Assembly: GCA_041483895.1 (NCBI GenBank)
Contig: JBGPGO010000022.1
Span: 1 to 52,008 of the forward strand
Source: Fimbriimonadia bacterium
GTDB lineage: Bacteria; Armatimonadota; Fimbriimonadia; Fimbriimonadales; JABRVX01
Direction: 5' to 3'
DNA: 52,008 nt
A program made the translations under genes and the position numbers. Shown here piece after piece: positions 1 to 10,199 of this stretch (position 1 is its first letter; each line of letters opens with the position of its first letter). The notes under the pieces were generated by a model. That model ran no database searches. It saw only the letters and a list, made by a program, of their open reading frames with translations, and had not been told where the DNA came from.

Positions 1-1
1 A

Positions 2-238
2 GTCCCCGGCCAGATCGCGTTTGCCTGCAACCATCGCCTGCGCCGGGCGCTCTGGATGCCTGGACTCGTCGCAACCAAGCACTGTCCGGGCTGCGCGGCC
101 TTCGCCGACCGACTCCGCAAAGCCGGCAAAGCAAAAAAGCACGTCAACATCGCCGTCATGCGCAAACTCGCCAGCGCAATCGCGGCAGTCCTGAAGACAA
201 AGACACCCTATGACCACAAATTGCTATTTTCCCCTTGA
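2..238 (+). CDS. IS110-family transposase/recombinase, C-terminal fragment
   Basis: Frame open from base 2: NHRLRRALWMPGLVATKHCP..FADRLRKAGKAKKHVNIAVMRKL..VLKTKTPYD, the typical IS110/IS116 C-terminal pattern. Confidence 0.85.
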   Translation, partial: VPGQIAFACNHRLRRALWMPGLVATKHCPGCAAFADRLRKAGKAKKHVNIAVMRKLASAIAAVLKTKTPYDHKLLFSP

Positions 239-240
239 CA
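235..240 (+). promoter_or_regulatory. -35 hexamer (TTGACA) in the IS110 right end
   Basis: Perfect TTGACA 14 nt before the CT core. IS110 circles form a junction promoter from the right-end -35 and the left-end -10. Confidence 0.6.
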
Positions 241-254
241 AATCAAGACAGCAT

Positions 255-3074
255 CTACCCGTCTTTGTCGGAATCGTGCCGCTTCCGCTTCGCCTCCAAC
301 AGCCGCGATGACGCCGACCCGGACGGAGTAGGCCTGATTTCGGGCCGACGCTCAGGTCGCGGGATAGATATCGGCCCTCCGCCATCACCCGGCGCCGGCC
401 CCTTCGGAATCCGCTCTTTGGCCTTCCGCAGCCGGTCAACTCGCTCCAGCTGCTCCACCGGCCTCTCGCGCAACGCGGCCTTCCTTCGCCGGAGCCAGAG
501 AACCAGCCGCTGCAACCCTTCGATCAGCGGGATCGCGACCCGGCGCGAAGCCACGTCGAACGGCAGCAGCACCGCCGCGAACAATAGAAAGCTCGGCCAC
601 AGACGCGAAATCGAGAATCCTGGATTGCTGACCGGCCGGGCGGCTTCGGCGGGACCGGACAGCTCCCGCCCGCCCGCCGCACGGCTCACCCGTTCCATGA
701 GCGGACGATTGGCCCGATACCGTTTGTATTCCGGCGGGTAGGGAACCGCGAATCCCGAAGTGCTGATGCGCTTTCCCCCGCCCGCGGCGTCTTCCGAAAC
801 GGTTACAACATACGATCCCAACTCCGCCGCATCGAACGAACCCTCGTAGGCCCCCGGACTTCGCTGGCTGAGGTTAATCGGGCGCGACTCGCCGCTCGGC
901 GTCGTGATCCGCACCTCGGCGCCAAGGGAATTGATGGGGTTGCCGACCGAGTCATACGCCTTGAGGTCTAGCACTGCCTTCGACCCATCGTGCCGAGTGG
1001 TGACCTGATACTGATTGGTGGTCGCCCGGCGGGAGATGGCCCGCGTAGCCTGCGCCCAAAACGGTCCAAACCCGTCCCAGCCGATCCACTGCCGGGCCCA
1101 TCGCGGCTGCGCGTCGGAAGTAAAGGCGAGACTTGTGCCCAGCCCATACTGCCAGGTCGCGAGAAGCGGGTCGTCCTTCCCCGTCTTCATATCCACGTGC
1201 GACAACGGTTTGGAATCTGTTAGGCAGTAGGCATAGAGCGCCGGCATAGCTGGAATTCCGCGCAAGATGTCCGACCCGGCGTACACCTTGGGCAGAAAGG
1301 CCCCCTCTTCGATGGCCGACCGGGACATGACCGATGCGTCTTGGGTGAAGATGGCCGGAAGCTGCCCCGCCCGTTTTGCCAAATAGAATCGGCCGCCGCC
1401 CGCCGCCGCAAGACCGCGCAGAAACAAGACATCTTTCCCGTCGCCGATTGAAACGACGGAAACCGTGATCCGGTTGCGCCGCATCCGTTGGGCCACCTCG
1501 ATGCAGCCGTCCTGATCGTCGCAGTCGTTCCCATCGGCGAGAAGAATGAAATGGCGAACTTTGGACGGCTCCGCGTTCAGCACCTCCTCGGCAAAATCCA
1601 TGGAGGGCTTCACATAGATGCCGCCGCCGCCCACGTCCAACTTGCGAATCTGGCTGATGATGGATGCCTTGTCGCTCGCCACCTGCATTCTTGCGACGAA
1701 CTCTATGCCGTCCGTGCTTCCCGCGACGCCCACGCGATCGATGGGCGACATCAACTGAACGGTCGACTCGGCGGCCTTCGCCGCCAGCCGGATTTTGGGG
1801 AAGCCATCCTCAATCATCCCCATGCTTCCCGATGCATCCGCGACGATAAGGATGGAAGTTGACGGGAAGGTTTTGCGTTGCCGAATGTTCAGATCGACCG
1901 GCAGCACATCCGCAATCGGCGTCGCATAGTAACCTCCGGGGAGGAACGAATTCTCGCCGCCTATCATCGCATAGCCGACGCCGCTGTCCCGCACCGCCGC
2001 CTGGACCAGCTTCATCTGCCGTTCGGTCATCGTCGCCGCATTGATGTCGTTGAAAAGCACAGCGTCGTAGTTTTGAAGCTGCTCCGGCCGGACCGGCACC
2101 CCTTCGGGTCCATACAAATCTGCCTGCAGGCCCTGTTCACGAAGGGCGCTGGCCAACTGGCTGCGAGAAGGATCGCTCTGGAGAATTAAGACCTTGGGCT
2201 TGCCTCGAACGACGACGAACCCCGCGCCAACATTGTTGCGATTGTCGGTATCTTGGTTTACAAGCAGCGTGGCTCGGTATCGATGAAAGCCCGGCTCGTC
2301 CATCGTATCGGTGGCAACGATGGCGTTCTTCCCGCGCGTCAAGTGCACACCCAGCTTCTTAACCGTCACACTGTCCCTGTCGATCGTCAGAATTCCATCC
2401 GTCTCGACCGTAGAATCCACAACGACACGAATATCGATCGGTTGGCCCACGCGGGCGTCGCTCGGTACCTCGGTGGCGAGCACCGCCACCTCCGCCGCGC
2501 GATCCTTTAGTCCCAGCGGCACGTGGTCAATCTGAATGTTCTCTCCCGACGCCACCGTTGCGGCCTCCACTGCATCGCCGAGAGTCTCATTGCCGTCGGA
2601 CACCATGACTATCCGCCTCGCCTTGCCGTCTGGAAACGACGCGCTGGCCAATCGGATGGCTCCCGCCAAGTTGGTGCCCGAACCATCAACCACGGAAAGA
2701 ATTCGATTCAGTCGCCGCGCGTTGCCGGGCGCGACGTCGATCACGGAGCTTCGGCCAAACGCGACCACCGCAGCCTCATCTTTCGACCCCAGCGATTTGA
2801 GCGCCTCATCGATGAACTGTTCGCCCGCCTTTCTGTCAACATCGCTGATGCTGTCCGAGCGGTCGAGCAGAAAGATCGTGCAGATGCCCTCGTTGGGCCG
2901 ATGAGCCTCCGGTCCCGCCAAGGCGACGACAATGGCCGACATCAAAAGGCCTCGCAGCGTGAAGGACACCCATTTCCGGCTGCGCATCATGCCGTGCACG
3001 TGACGAAAACTGATCCACAAGCCGACGGCGACAGGCAAGAGGAGAAGCAGATACAGAGGGTCGGAAAAGCGCAC
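255..3074 (-). CDS. Membrane protein with two VWA domains and a glutamine-amidotransferase-like domain
   Basis: N-terminal BatA-like TMs, MIDAS motifs DRSDS and DASGS, central GATase-like region (GGENSF), C-terminal TM. Confidence 0.85.
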   Translation of the reverse strand: MRFSDPLYLLLLLPVAVGLWISFRHVHGMMRSRKWVSFTLRGLLMSAIVVALAGPEAHRPNEGICTIFLLDRSDSISDVDRKAGEQFIDEALKSLGSKDEAAVVAFGRSSVIDVAPGNARRLNRILSVVDGSGTNLAGAIRLASASFPDGKARRIVMVSDGNETLGDAVEAATVASGENIQIDHVPLGLKDRAAEVAVLATEVPSDARVGQPIDIRVVVDSTVETDGILTIDRDSVTVKKLGVHLTRGKNAIVATDTMDEPGFHRYRATLLVNQDTDNRNNVGAGFVVVRGKPKVLILQSDPSRSQLASALREQGLQADLYGPEGVPVRPEQLQNYDAVLFNDINAATMTERQMKLVQAAVRDSGVGYAMIGGENSFLPGGYYATPIADVLPVDLNIRQRKTFPSTSILIVADASGSMGMIEDGFPKIRLAAKAAESTVQLMSPIDRVGVAGSTDGIEFVARMQVASDKASIISQIRKLDVGGGGIYVKPSMDFAEEVLNAEPSKVRHFILLADGNDCDDQDGCIEVAQRMRRNRITVSVVSIGDGKDVLFLRGLAAAGGGRFYLAKRAGQLPAIFTQDASVMSRSAIEEGAFLPKVYAGSDILRGIPAMPALYAYCLTDSKPLSHVDMKTGKDDPLLATWQYGLGTSLAFTSDAQPRWARQWIGWDGFGPFWAQATRAISRRATTNQYQVTTRHDGSKAVLDLKAYDSVGNPINSLGAEVRITTPSGESRPINLSQRSPGAYEGSFDAAELGSYVVTVSEDAAGGGKRISTSGFAVPYPPEYKRYRANRPLMERVSRAAGGRELSGPAEAARPVSNPGFSISRLWPSFLLFAAVLLPFDVASRRVAIPLIEGLQRLVLWLRRRKAALRERPVEQLERVDRLRKAKERIPKGPAPGDGGGPISIPRPERRPEIRPTPSGSASSRLLEAKRKRHDSDKDG

Positions 3075-4913
3075 CTACGATCGCCTCGCAAACAGCCACC
3101 ACTCGCCTGCCAGGACGAGCAGCGCAAGAAGGAGAAGCGGCCTCCAAAAATCCGTAATCCGCAGAGAAGTGCCGCTGGCCTTGGCCTCACCGGACCCCAA
3201 CTTCAGCTTGCTGACGGGCGCGATGTTGGATTCGGTGTCGCTCAAAAGGCTGGCGTACATGCGCTTCGTCTCCTTGCCGACCGTCAACCTATACTCACCC
3301 GCGATGCGCACGTCCCGCAATGTGTAGCTGCCGTCGGTGGGACGGATGGTCCGTTTGCCGCCGTTCGGCATGGCCAGGGTTGCGGGGCTGTCGTCTTTCG
3401 CGGCGACGGTGTATGTCTTCCCGGTCTGGATCGCGACGATGCGCGCGGTCTGCTTGGCCGCTAGGAACTCCAGCGCGTTGGCGATGAAAATCGGAAAGCC
3501 GACCTGAAGCGGGAAATCGGAATCGAGCGGTTTGAAGGCGACGTATATCTGCCGCTTCCTGCCCTCCGCGGCGACGATCAGCGGCCCCTCTTTCGTCTCG
3601 GCCAGGACCTGCCCCGTCGCCTTCGCCTGGACTTTTTGCATTGAGTCAATGTACACATCGCGCATATCCACGTATCGCATCAGTGGATGCTGCTCGCTGG
3701 AGACAAACTTGGGATTCTTCGCGCTGCCATTTGCGCTAACCGGGGAGGCAGGGCCCGCCACGCCGAAGGCCAAAACTCCGCGGGCCTTGGTCGGCTCTTC
3801 TGGGACGCCGTCAAAGACGACAACGTCGTACTTGCCCGCGCTGGGGCCGTTTTCTCGCTCCGTGTCCGGCAGCTTGGCCGCACGGTCCAGCGTTACGCGG
3901 GGGTCGAGCGTCATCGCCCGCTCGATAAACGGGTCCTCGCCGCCCACGAGCAGCACCCGGATCGAGGCGTTGGGATCGGCAAGGGCTGCGGCATAGTTAT
4001 CAGATTTCAACAGATCGTCACCCTCAAACTTGGCCTCGATCACCTGCGTCCCTGTCGGCACGGCGTCGGTCCAGCCGCCATCGCTTTTCGGGTTCAAGAC
4101 AACGCGGCGCGAGTTGAACAGCTTGCTGTCCCCGAAGAGCGACAACATGCCGTCCGCCGACTTCTTGCCGTAGTTTCGCAGGCCGCAAAATACCTGCCGG
4201 CCTTCCGACGTCTCGGCCGCGCCCAACGCGATGATGGCGACGTTTTCGGATGACGTTCCCAGTTGGCGAAAAACCAACCGCGCTTTTCCGGCAGAAAAAT
4301 CATTCACTTCGCCAAACGCTCCATCGGATAGCAACAGTATCCGGCCCCGCTCCTCCTGCCCGACCAGCGCAGCCGCCAACCTAAGAGCCTCCCCCACATC
4401 GTTTTGCGCGTCGCTGGGAGCGAGGCTGTCCAAGGCGGTCCTCATCCGGCCGGAATCGTTGGAGAGTGGAAAAACGACGCGGGGCGTGGGACCGGCTTCG
4501 ATCAAACTGATCCGGTCGCTGGGCCGAGCGGAATCGATCAGATTCCGGCAGATGCGCAGCGCCTCCTGATATCGGGACCCGGGCAGGTCTGTCGCGTTCA
4601 TGCTGGCGGAAGTATCGAGGACGATGACGGTGATCTCGCCCGGCAGCCCTTTCTGCTGTGTCTGGGGCCGCGCCAGCGCGACGACCAAAAATATCAGCGC
4701 CAGAATTTGGAGCACGAGGAGCCAGTTGAAACGCAGGCGCTGGAACAGCGAATTCGCGCGCACCTCGGTTGTCAGGTTGGGCCATAGGAAGGTGGCCGGA
4801 ACGGTCAGGTCCCTTCGCCGCATCTTCAGCAGATAGAGCAGCACAATCGTCCCGCCAAGCGGCAGCAGCCACAACAGCATGCCGGGGTTCTGAAAGCTCA
4901 AGAGGTCACCCAT
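3075..4913 (-). CDS. BatA/VWA domain-containing membrane protein
   Basis: SFQNPGMLLWLLPL..LLYLLK BatA-like N-terminus, MIDAS DTSASM, C-terminal EWWLF TM. Start is probably ATG 4913 or TTG 4901 rather than the ORF-track 5021. Confidence 0.85.
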   Translation of the reverse strand: MGDLLSFQNPGMLLWLLPLGGTIVLLYLLKMRRRDLTVPATFLWPNLTTEVRANSLFQRLRFNWLLVLQILALIFLVVALARPQTQQKGLPGEITVIVLDTSASMNATDLPGSRYQEALRICRNLIDSARPSDRISLIEAGPTPRVVFPLSNDSGRMRTALDSLAPSDAQNDVGEALRLAAALVGQEERGRILLLSDGAFGEVNDFSAGKARLVFRQLGTSSENVAIIALGAAETSEGRQVFCGLRNYGKKSADGMLSLFGDSKLFNSRRVVLNPKSDGGWTDAVPTGTQVIEAKFEGDDLLKSDNYAAALADPNASIRVLLVGGEDPFIERAMTLDPRVTLDRAAKLPDTERENGPSAGKYDVVVFDGVPEEPTKARGVLAFGVAGPASPVSANGSAKNPKFVSSEQHPLMRYVDMRDVYIDSMQKVQAKATGQVLAETKEGPLIVAAEGRKRQIYVAFKPLDSDFPLQVGFPIFIANALEFLAAKQTARIVAIQTGKTYTVAAKDDSPATLAMPNGGKRTIRPTDGSYTLRDVRIAGEYRLTVGKETKRMYASLLSDTESNIAPVSKLKLGSGEAKASGTSLRITDFWRPLLLLALLVLAGEWWLFARRS

Positions 4914-5773
4914 CCCCCGCGCTTGAGCCCGTCGCGCAAAAACGTCTCCAATGAATCGCCGTTGGTCGTCCGCAAATACCGTCCGCCGACCCGACGGCAC
5001 TCCTCCGCAATCGACTGGCAATGTTCCGCCAACCTCGATCGATACTCCCTGAGCGCATGCCCCGTCGCCGTGATCTCGACCATCGACTCGGTCTCCACAT
5101 CCAGCAGCCGAAGGTCCCCCTCGATGTCCGGATCAAGCTCTTCCCTGCTCAAAATCTGAACGAACCCAACCTCATGGCCGCGTCCCCCCAACAACCGAAT
5201 CGCTGCCCCGATGGAAGGGTCCAATCCATCACTGATCACCACCGCCAGCCCCGGCCGCGCGGTGCTCACAGCAAACTCCCGTAGAGTCTCGGCGATGCCG
5301 CGTTTCGAATCCGCCACCGCCTCGCTCGCCCATGCGGCCAGCCGGTGATAGCCGACACGGCCCCGCAGCGCCGCCATCGGCTCCTGGCGCCGACCCAGCG
5401 CCCGAGGAAAAGCCGCATCCTGCCCGCACAAAGATATGTAGCCGACCGCGCAGGCAATCCGCCGCGCCACCTCGAACTTGGTCGGCTCCCCAAACCCCAT
5501 CGATAGGCTGCAATCCAAAAGCAGATGAGCCGCCAAATCCTCTTCGTCCTGGTAGGTCTTGATGACCGGGCTCTGCAAGCGGGCGAGCACATTCCAATCC
5601 AGATGGCGCAGGTCGTCGCCATCCACATAATCGCGGTAGTCGGCGAACTCGATGCTGATGCCTTTGCGCCGGGTCAGCCGCTCTCCACGCACCCGGCCCG
5701 CCATGGTCTTGCGTGGAGCGAGGCGCAGTCCTTCCAGCAATCGGAAATGCGGGGCCTCCAAAACAAAGGACAT
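4898..5773 (-). CDS. DUF58 domain protein (MoxR partner)
   Basis: EFADYRDYVDGDDLRHLDWN motif, LDCSLSM. Confidence 0.9.
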   Translation of the reverse strand: MSFVLEAPHFRLLEGLRLAPRKTMAGRVRGERLTRRKGISIEFADYRDYVDGDDLRHLDWNVLARLQSPVIKTYQDEEDLAAHLLLDCSLSMGFGEPTKFEVARRIACAVGYISLCGQDAAFPRALGRRQEPMAALRGRVGYHRLAAWASEAVADSKRGIAETLREFAVSTARPGLAVVISDGLDPSIGAAIRLLGGRGHEVGFVQILSREELDPDIEGDLRLLDVETESMVEITATGHALREYRSRLAEHCQSIAEECRRVGGRYLRTTNGDSLETFLRDGLKRGGWVTS

Positions 5774-5776
5774 CCG

Positions 5777-6781
5777 CTACACCTGGATCGGGTCTTTGTC
5801 GCGGCTATCGACGAACGAGAGCACCTCATCGATCACTTTGTCCGGCGTCTGCCCATCCGCCTCGGCCTCGAAGTTCAGCAGCACGCGGTGTCGCAGAGCG
5901 GGTTTGGCGGCCCGTCGGAGATCGTCTTTCGACACATTGTAGCGTCCCGCCAGGAGCGCGAACACTTTGCCGGCAGTGATGATAGCCTGCGCGCCGCGCG
6001 GACTCGATCCGAATCGGATGTAGCGGTTCGCGATCGGCGCGCCTCCCTCCGTCTCCGGATGGGTCCCGACCACCATTGATAGGCCATAGTCCAGCACGTT
6101 TGCGGCAATCGGAACCTCTCGCACGATCCTGCGCATCTGCAAAATATCGTCCTTGTGCGCGACCGGCTTGATATCCGCCGCCAAGGTTCCCGTCGTACGG
6201 TTCACGATATCCGCCAGCTCCTCTTTGCTCGGATAGGTCACCAGCAATTTGAGCATGAACCGATCCAGCTGGGCCTCCGGCAGCGGGTAGGTGCCTTCCT
6301 GCTCAATGGGGTTCTGCGTCGCCATCACCAAGAAGGGCTCGTCCAGTTCGTGCCGCTTTCCGCCGGCGGTGACGGACAGTTCCTGCATCGCCTCCAGCGT
6401 GGCGGACTGGGTCTTTGGCGTCGCCCGGTTGATCTCGTCCGCCAGGACGATGTTGGCGAAGATCGGCCCCCGGCGAAACTCGAAACCGCGAGAACCGGAT
6501 TCAGAATGGGACAGAATGTTCGTTCCTGTCACGTCGGCCGGCATCAGGTCCGGCGTAAACTGAATGCGGCTGAAGGCGAGATCGACCGATGAAGAAAGCG
6601 ATCGCACAAGCAGGGTTTTCCCGAGTCCCGGCACGCCTTCCAAAAGAATATGGCCACCGGATGCCAAGCCGACCAATACGCCTTCGACGATCTCCTCTTG
6701 CCCGACAATCGCTTTGGCTATCTCCGACCGAATCGAGTTGAATCGCTCACGGAACCATGCCGCGGCTTCCTCCCCATGCAC
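5777..6781 (-). CDS. MoxR-family AAA+ ATPase
   Basis: GVPGLGKT Walker A, RIQFTPDLMPAD, LADEINRA, TQNPIEQEGTYPLPEAQLDRF. Confidence 0.95.
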   Translation of the reverse strand: MHGEEAAAWFRERFNSIRSEIAKAIVGQEEIVEGVLVGLASGGHILLEGVPGLGKTLLVRSLSSSVDLAFSRIQFTPDLMPADVTGTNILSHSESGSRGFEFRRGPIFANIVLADEINRATPKTQSATLEAMQELSVTAGGKRHELDEPFLVMATQNPIEQEGTYPLPEAQLDRFMLKLLVTYPSKEELADIVNRTTGTLAADIKPVAHKDDILQMRRIVREVPIAANVLDYGLSMVVGTHPETEGGAPIANRYIRFGSSPRGAQAIITAGKVFALLAGRYNVSKDDLRRAAKPALRHRVLLNFEAEADGQTPDKVIDEVLSFVDSRDKDPIQV

Positions 6782-8619
6782 TATTTGCCACTCTCCAATG
6801 AGTCGAAGTAGTCCTTCACGCGCTTCTGTTGGTCCTTCGGAATCTCGTCCCGCTTGACCGCCTTCTCCGCCCGTTTCTTGTACTTCGGCAATAGGTTCAC
6901 ATACGGCGTTTTTGATCGCTGTCCCAGCCCGCTCGGTCCCCGAATCTCCACGTACGTCTCCGATCCGCGATCCGATCTCTGTCCAATCGCGATGCTGGGC
7001 GTCGCCGTCCCCTTGCTATCCTGAGGATCCTTACTCGTGTTGATCCGTCCCGTGTTTGCGAAGAACATATCCTTGCTAGGCGCTCCCGGCCCGCTGTTCA
7101 GCCCCATCGCGGACAGCAAACTGCTGCCCAAACCGCAGCCCTCTCAGCCACCCTTTGCCTCTTTCATGGATTCCCGGAGCTTCTTGAGGAATTCGTCCAT
7201 CGCCTTTTGATCCTTGAGCTGCTTTGCCAGGTCTTCCAACTGCTTCATCATCTCCTTGACCTGGTCCGCGGTCAGATTCGGCATGCCCTGCTTGCCGCTT
7301 TGATTGAGCTGCTTCATCTGCCGCATCATCTCGCGGATCTTCTGCATTTCGGGGCTGTTGGCCATCCGCTTCAGCATCTCTTGCGCCTGCTGCGATAGCT
7401 TCAGGTCCTTGAGCTCTTTCTCCAACTTCTCCAGCTGCTTGGCAAGCTCTTCCTGCTGCTCCTTGCTCAATTGCGAGCCTTTCCCGCTCATACCCAAGGA
7501 TGGCAGCTTCTCCGCCAGCTTTTGCAACTGGTCCTGGAGCTTTTTGGACAACGCCTGCATTCCCGCAAGCTGCTCTTCCATCTGCTTTTTCTGGGCGTCA
7601 GACATGCCCTGCTGAGTCAACTGGTTGCGAAGGTTTTGGATGCGCTGGGCCATCTCCTCCAATTTGCCCTGGAGCTGCTTCCGGGCCTGCAGGTTGTCCG
7701 CCGCCGCCTGATTTCCCTGCGTGAGCTGATTCTTCAGCTTGTTGATCTGATTTTGCAGGTCCTGGCTTTTCGCGTCGCGCTCGTCCGGCGTCATCTGGAG
7801 CATCTGCGGGTCGATATCCTTCAGCCCCGCCTCGTCGAGCTTGGCCTGCTCCAGCTTGGATAGCGCGGTCTCGGCCTGCAAGAGCTGCTGGTCCGAGTTC
7901 GCAAATCGCTGCTTTGCCAACTCCTCCGCCTGCTTGGCCAGCTCGTTGGCCTTCGCGAGCGCCTCTTCCTTCGGCACCCGTCCTTTTTCCAATTCCTGAT
8001 GTAGCTGTTGAAGCTGCTTGGCGAGCTCCTTTTCCTGCTGCGTCGCCTCGTCTTTTCGGACCTTCTCCAGCAGCGGCTTGGCGACGCGCTCCACCTCCGG
8101 CGCCGCCTGCTGCATGTCCATGCGGTCCATCTTCTTTTGGCCGTTCATCAGAATCGGCGAGTTGCCGAGCAGGAACAACGCGGCGGCAACAATGGAGAGC
8201 AGAACCAGCGCGCCGTGCCACCGGCTGAAGTGAAACGGAAAGGCGACCGGCGGCTTCACATCGCCCAATCGCGCAAGGGCGTCGTCCACCAGCGCCTCGT
8301 CGAACTCACCCGATTCCGATGCCCGCTCGAACGCGGTGCCGATCCGGTTCTCCAACCCAGCCCGCCGATCGATGCTGTCGGCCAGGTGTGCCGATGTCAG
8401 CCGCCGGAACAACCCAAACAGAAACCCACCGATCAGGCCAACCCCGACAGGGATCAGAAGCTGCCACCACTCGGCATAGCGGATCCGGAAGAAATCCAGC
8501 GCGGCCCAAATGAGGCTAAGGCAGGACCCAGCCGCCCCGCCGATCGCCAGCCAGCGCCAGGCCGATAGGAACCGGACCCGCCGCTCGAAACCCCGCATCT
8601 TCTGTGATAGGCCGTTCAT
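6781..8619 (-). CDS. Membrane-anchored Q/K-rich coiled-coil protein, one gene read through an in-frame TGA at 7144-7146 (putative selenocysteine, UxxC); otherwise two ORFs or a nonsense allele
   Basis: Minus strand reads GGT GGC TGA GAG GGC TGC GGT TTG, so the 491-aa and 116-aa ORFs are in frame (612 aa fused). N-terminal TMs, long coiled coil, C-terminal IP..QKRVKDYF tail. Confidence 0.7.
7111..7129 (-). promoter_or_regulatory. Candidate bacterial SECIS hairpin
   Basis: mRNA GGGCAGCA-GUU-UGCUGUCC: 8-bp stem, apical loop starting with G, 22 nt between the UGA and the loop. Confidence 0.55.
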
Positions 8620-10199
8620 CGGTACACTTCCACTCTCTCAGATATCCTACTATAATTCATTTCGGCCAGCCACGCAACCAAACCCCCAACAATCGCCATG
8701 CCTATCCCTATTACGGCCACATTCGCGTCCACGTCCCCGTGGGTCATGGGCGTGAGCACATAAAAGCTCCAAAATGGCGAATGCGCCCCCGACGAGAAGT
8801 ACATGGCGGCGTCGGAAGCCACGATAACTGGCCACGGAAGTACAATGGTGGCGAGGACGATTACAAAGTGCAGAGCCCGCGCAGCGCTAAGCTGCAGCCG
8901 GTAGGACGAGACCAACCTGCCTGCGGACCAGTATAGGACCAGAAATCCCAGCGTCCAAACCGCGCACTCCAAAAACACATCCGATGCCAGGCCGCTCCCC
9001 CGCCCATCGATCCACCACCCGCGTATCAACAGCGTCCCAAACACCACCGCCCATAGCAAGATGATATACGGCAGCGCCCCAGACGCCGTGCCCCGCAGAA
9101 CATTGCGGAATCGAAAGACCCCATCTTGCCGAAATCGCCGGTCCGCGTCCCGCGAATGGCAGGTGACATGCGGGATGAACCAGACGAACAGAATCAGCAT
9201 CCACGCCCCGATCATCCCGTACACCTTCCAGATGTCCAGCCCCGCGCGAGTGCCCGGTATCGCCGAAAAGGACGGCGCCAAGAGATAGGCGGTCAGTCCC
9301 ATATAGATCAGGCCATGCACGCGCAGGCTCTTCGTGTCCACCGCATCGTAGGGAGACATCGACGACGCTGCTCCCAAAAGCAGCAGTTTCGAGATGAGCG
9401 CAGCAACCAGCAAGACGATAAACGCATTTGACACGTTCACTCCGAATAGGACGGTGTACGTGGGCGCGGCGAACACGGCCATGAACGGATTGAGCGCTAT
9501 CCCGAACGGCGCTTCTGCCGGCTGCGGCGTGCCGTTAAAAATGGTCCTCCCAATCATCGGTCCGGCGGATGCAAACCCGATCGACACCGTGATAATCATG
9601 TAGAAGGCGATGATGAAGTAGCTCCACGCGATGGCGGAGATAGGCTTCGGCGCCATCGCGCTGCATACAAGTCCGATTGCCGAGAAGATCAGACCATGCG
9701 CCGATAGCAGAAGATACAGATAGGCGACATCGACCCACGTCGCGCCACCAAGCAGCACGCAGGTGGCCGTGACCGGCAGCGACAAAATCAACAGCATCCA
9801 CGTGTACCGATAGCTGCTCAACAATTTGCCAACCAAATAAGACCGATACTCCATCGGTGTGGTGAAAACCAGATCCAGCGACCTCCGCAGCCTTTCGGAG
9901 ACAATACTGGTAGCCGTAAGCGCCGGCGATATCAGCGATACCACAATGGCCAGAATAATCGCGATGGTGGTGTAATAGACCGTCATGGAGGACTGTATGG
10001 AGGCAAGGGAACCGGTTCCGGACTGAGTGGCTGTCGCGTACCCTATCATCGAAATGCTGATGAAGATGAACAGATAGACCGCCCACAGCCACATCGCCTT
10101 GCTGCCACGCAACTGCGCGCGATAATCACGCACCGCCGTGGGGTTGCCGACGTAGGCCTCATATGTCCCGCGCAGCCACCGTCCAACCATCGCGCTCAT
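8616..10199 (-). CDS. ABC-2-type transporter permease-like membrane protein
   Basis: NPTAVRDYRAQLRG, SIVSERLRRSLDLV..GKLL motif, many TMs. Confidence 0.85.
   Translation of the reverse strand: MSAMVGRWLRGTYEAYVGNPTAVRDYRAQLRGSKAMWLWAVYLFIFISISMIGYATATQSGTGSLASIQSSMTVYYTTIAIILAIVVSLISPALTATSIVSERLRRSLDLVFTTPMEYRSYLVGKLLSSYRYTWMLLILSLPVTATCVLLGGATWVDVAYLYLLLSAHGLIFSAIGLVCSAMAPKPISAIAWSYFIIAFYMIITVSIGFASAGPMIGRTIFNGTPQPAEAPFGIALNPFMAVFAAPTYTVLFGVNVSNAFIVLLVAALISKLLLLGAASSMSPYDAVDTKSLRVHGLIYMGLTAYLLAPSFSAIPGTRAGLDIWKVYGMIGAWMLILFVWFIPHVTCHSRDADRRFRQDGVFRFRNVLRGTASGALPYIILLWAVVFGTLLIRGWWIDGRGSGLASDVFLECAVWTLGFLVLYWSAGRLVSSYRLQLSAARALHFVIVLATIVLPWPVIVASDAAMYFSSGAHSPFWSFYVLTPMTHGDVDANVAVIGIGMAIVGGLVAWLAEMNYSRISERVEVYR

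Larger units (their letters stand above)
1..256 (+). mobile_element. IS110-family insertion sequence, 3' part (truncated by window edge)
   Basis: Transposase C-terminus followed by a short right end TTGACAAATCAAGACAGCATCT. ACAGCATCT resembles the IS621-type donor (ACAGTAT + CT core). No terminal inverted repeat, as expected for this group. Confidence 0.8.

Noticed and set aside
6781..7131. Independent 116-aa gene starting at TTG 7131
   Set aside because: It is in frame with the upstream ORF across one TGA, and its start overlaps the hairpin. Better explained as the C-terminus of one gene, though a separate gene is not excluded.
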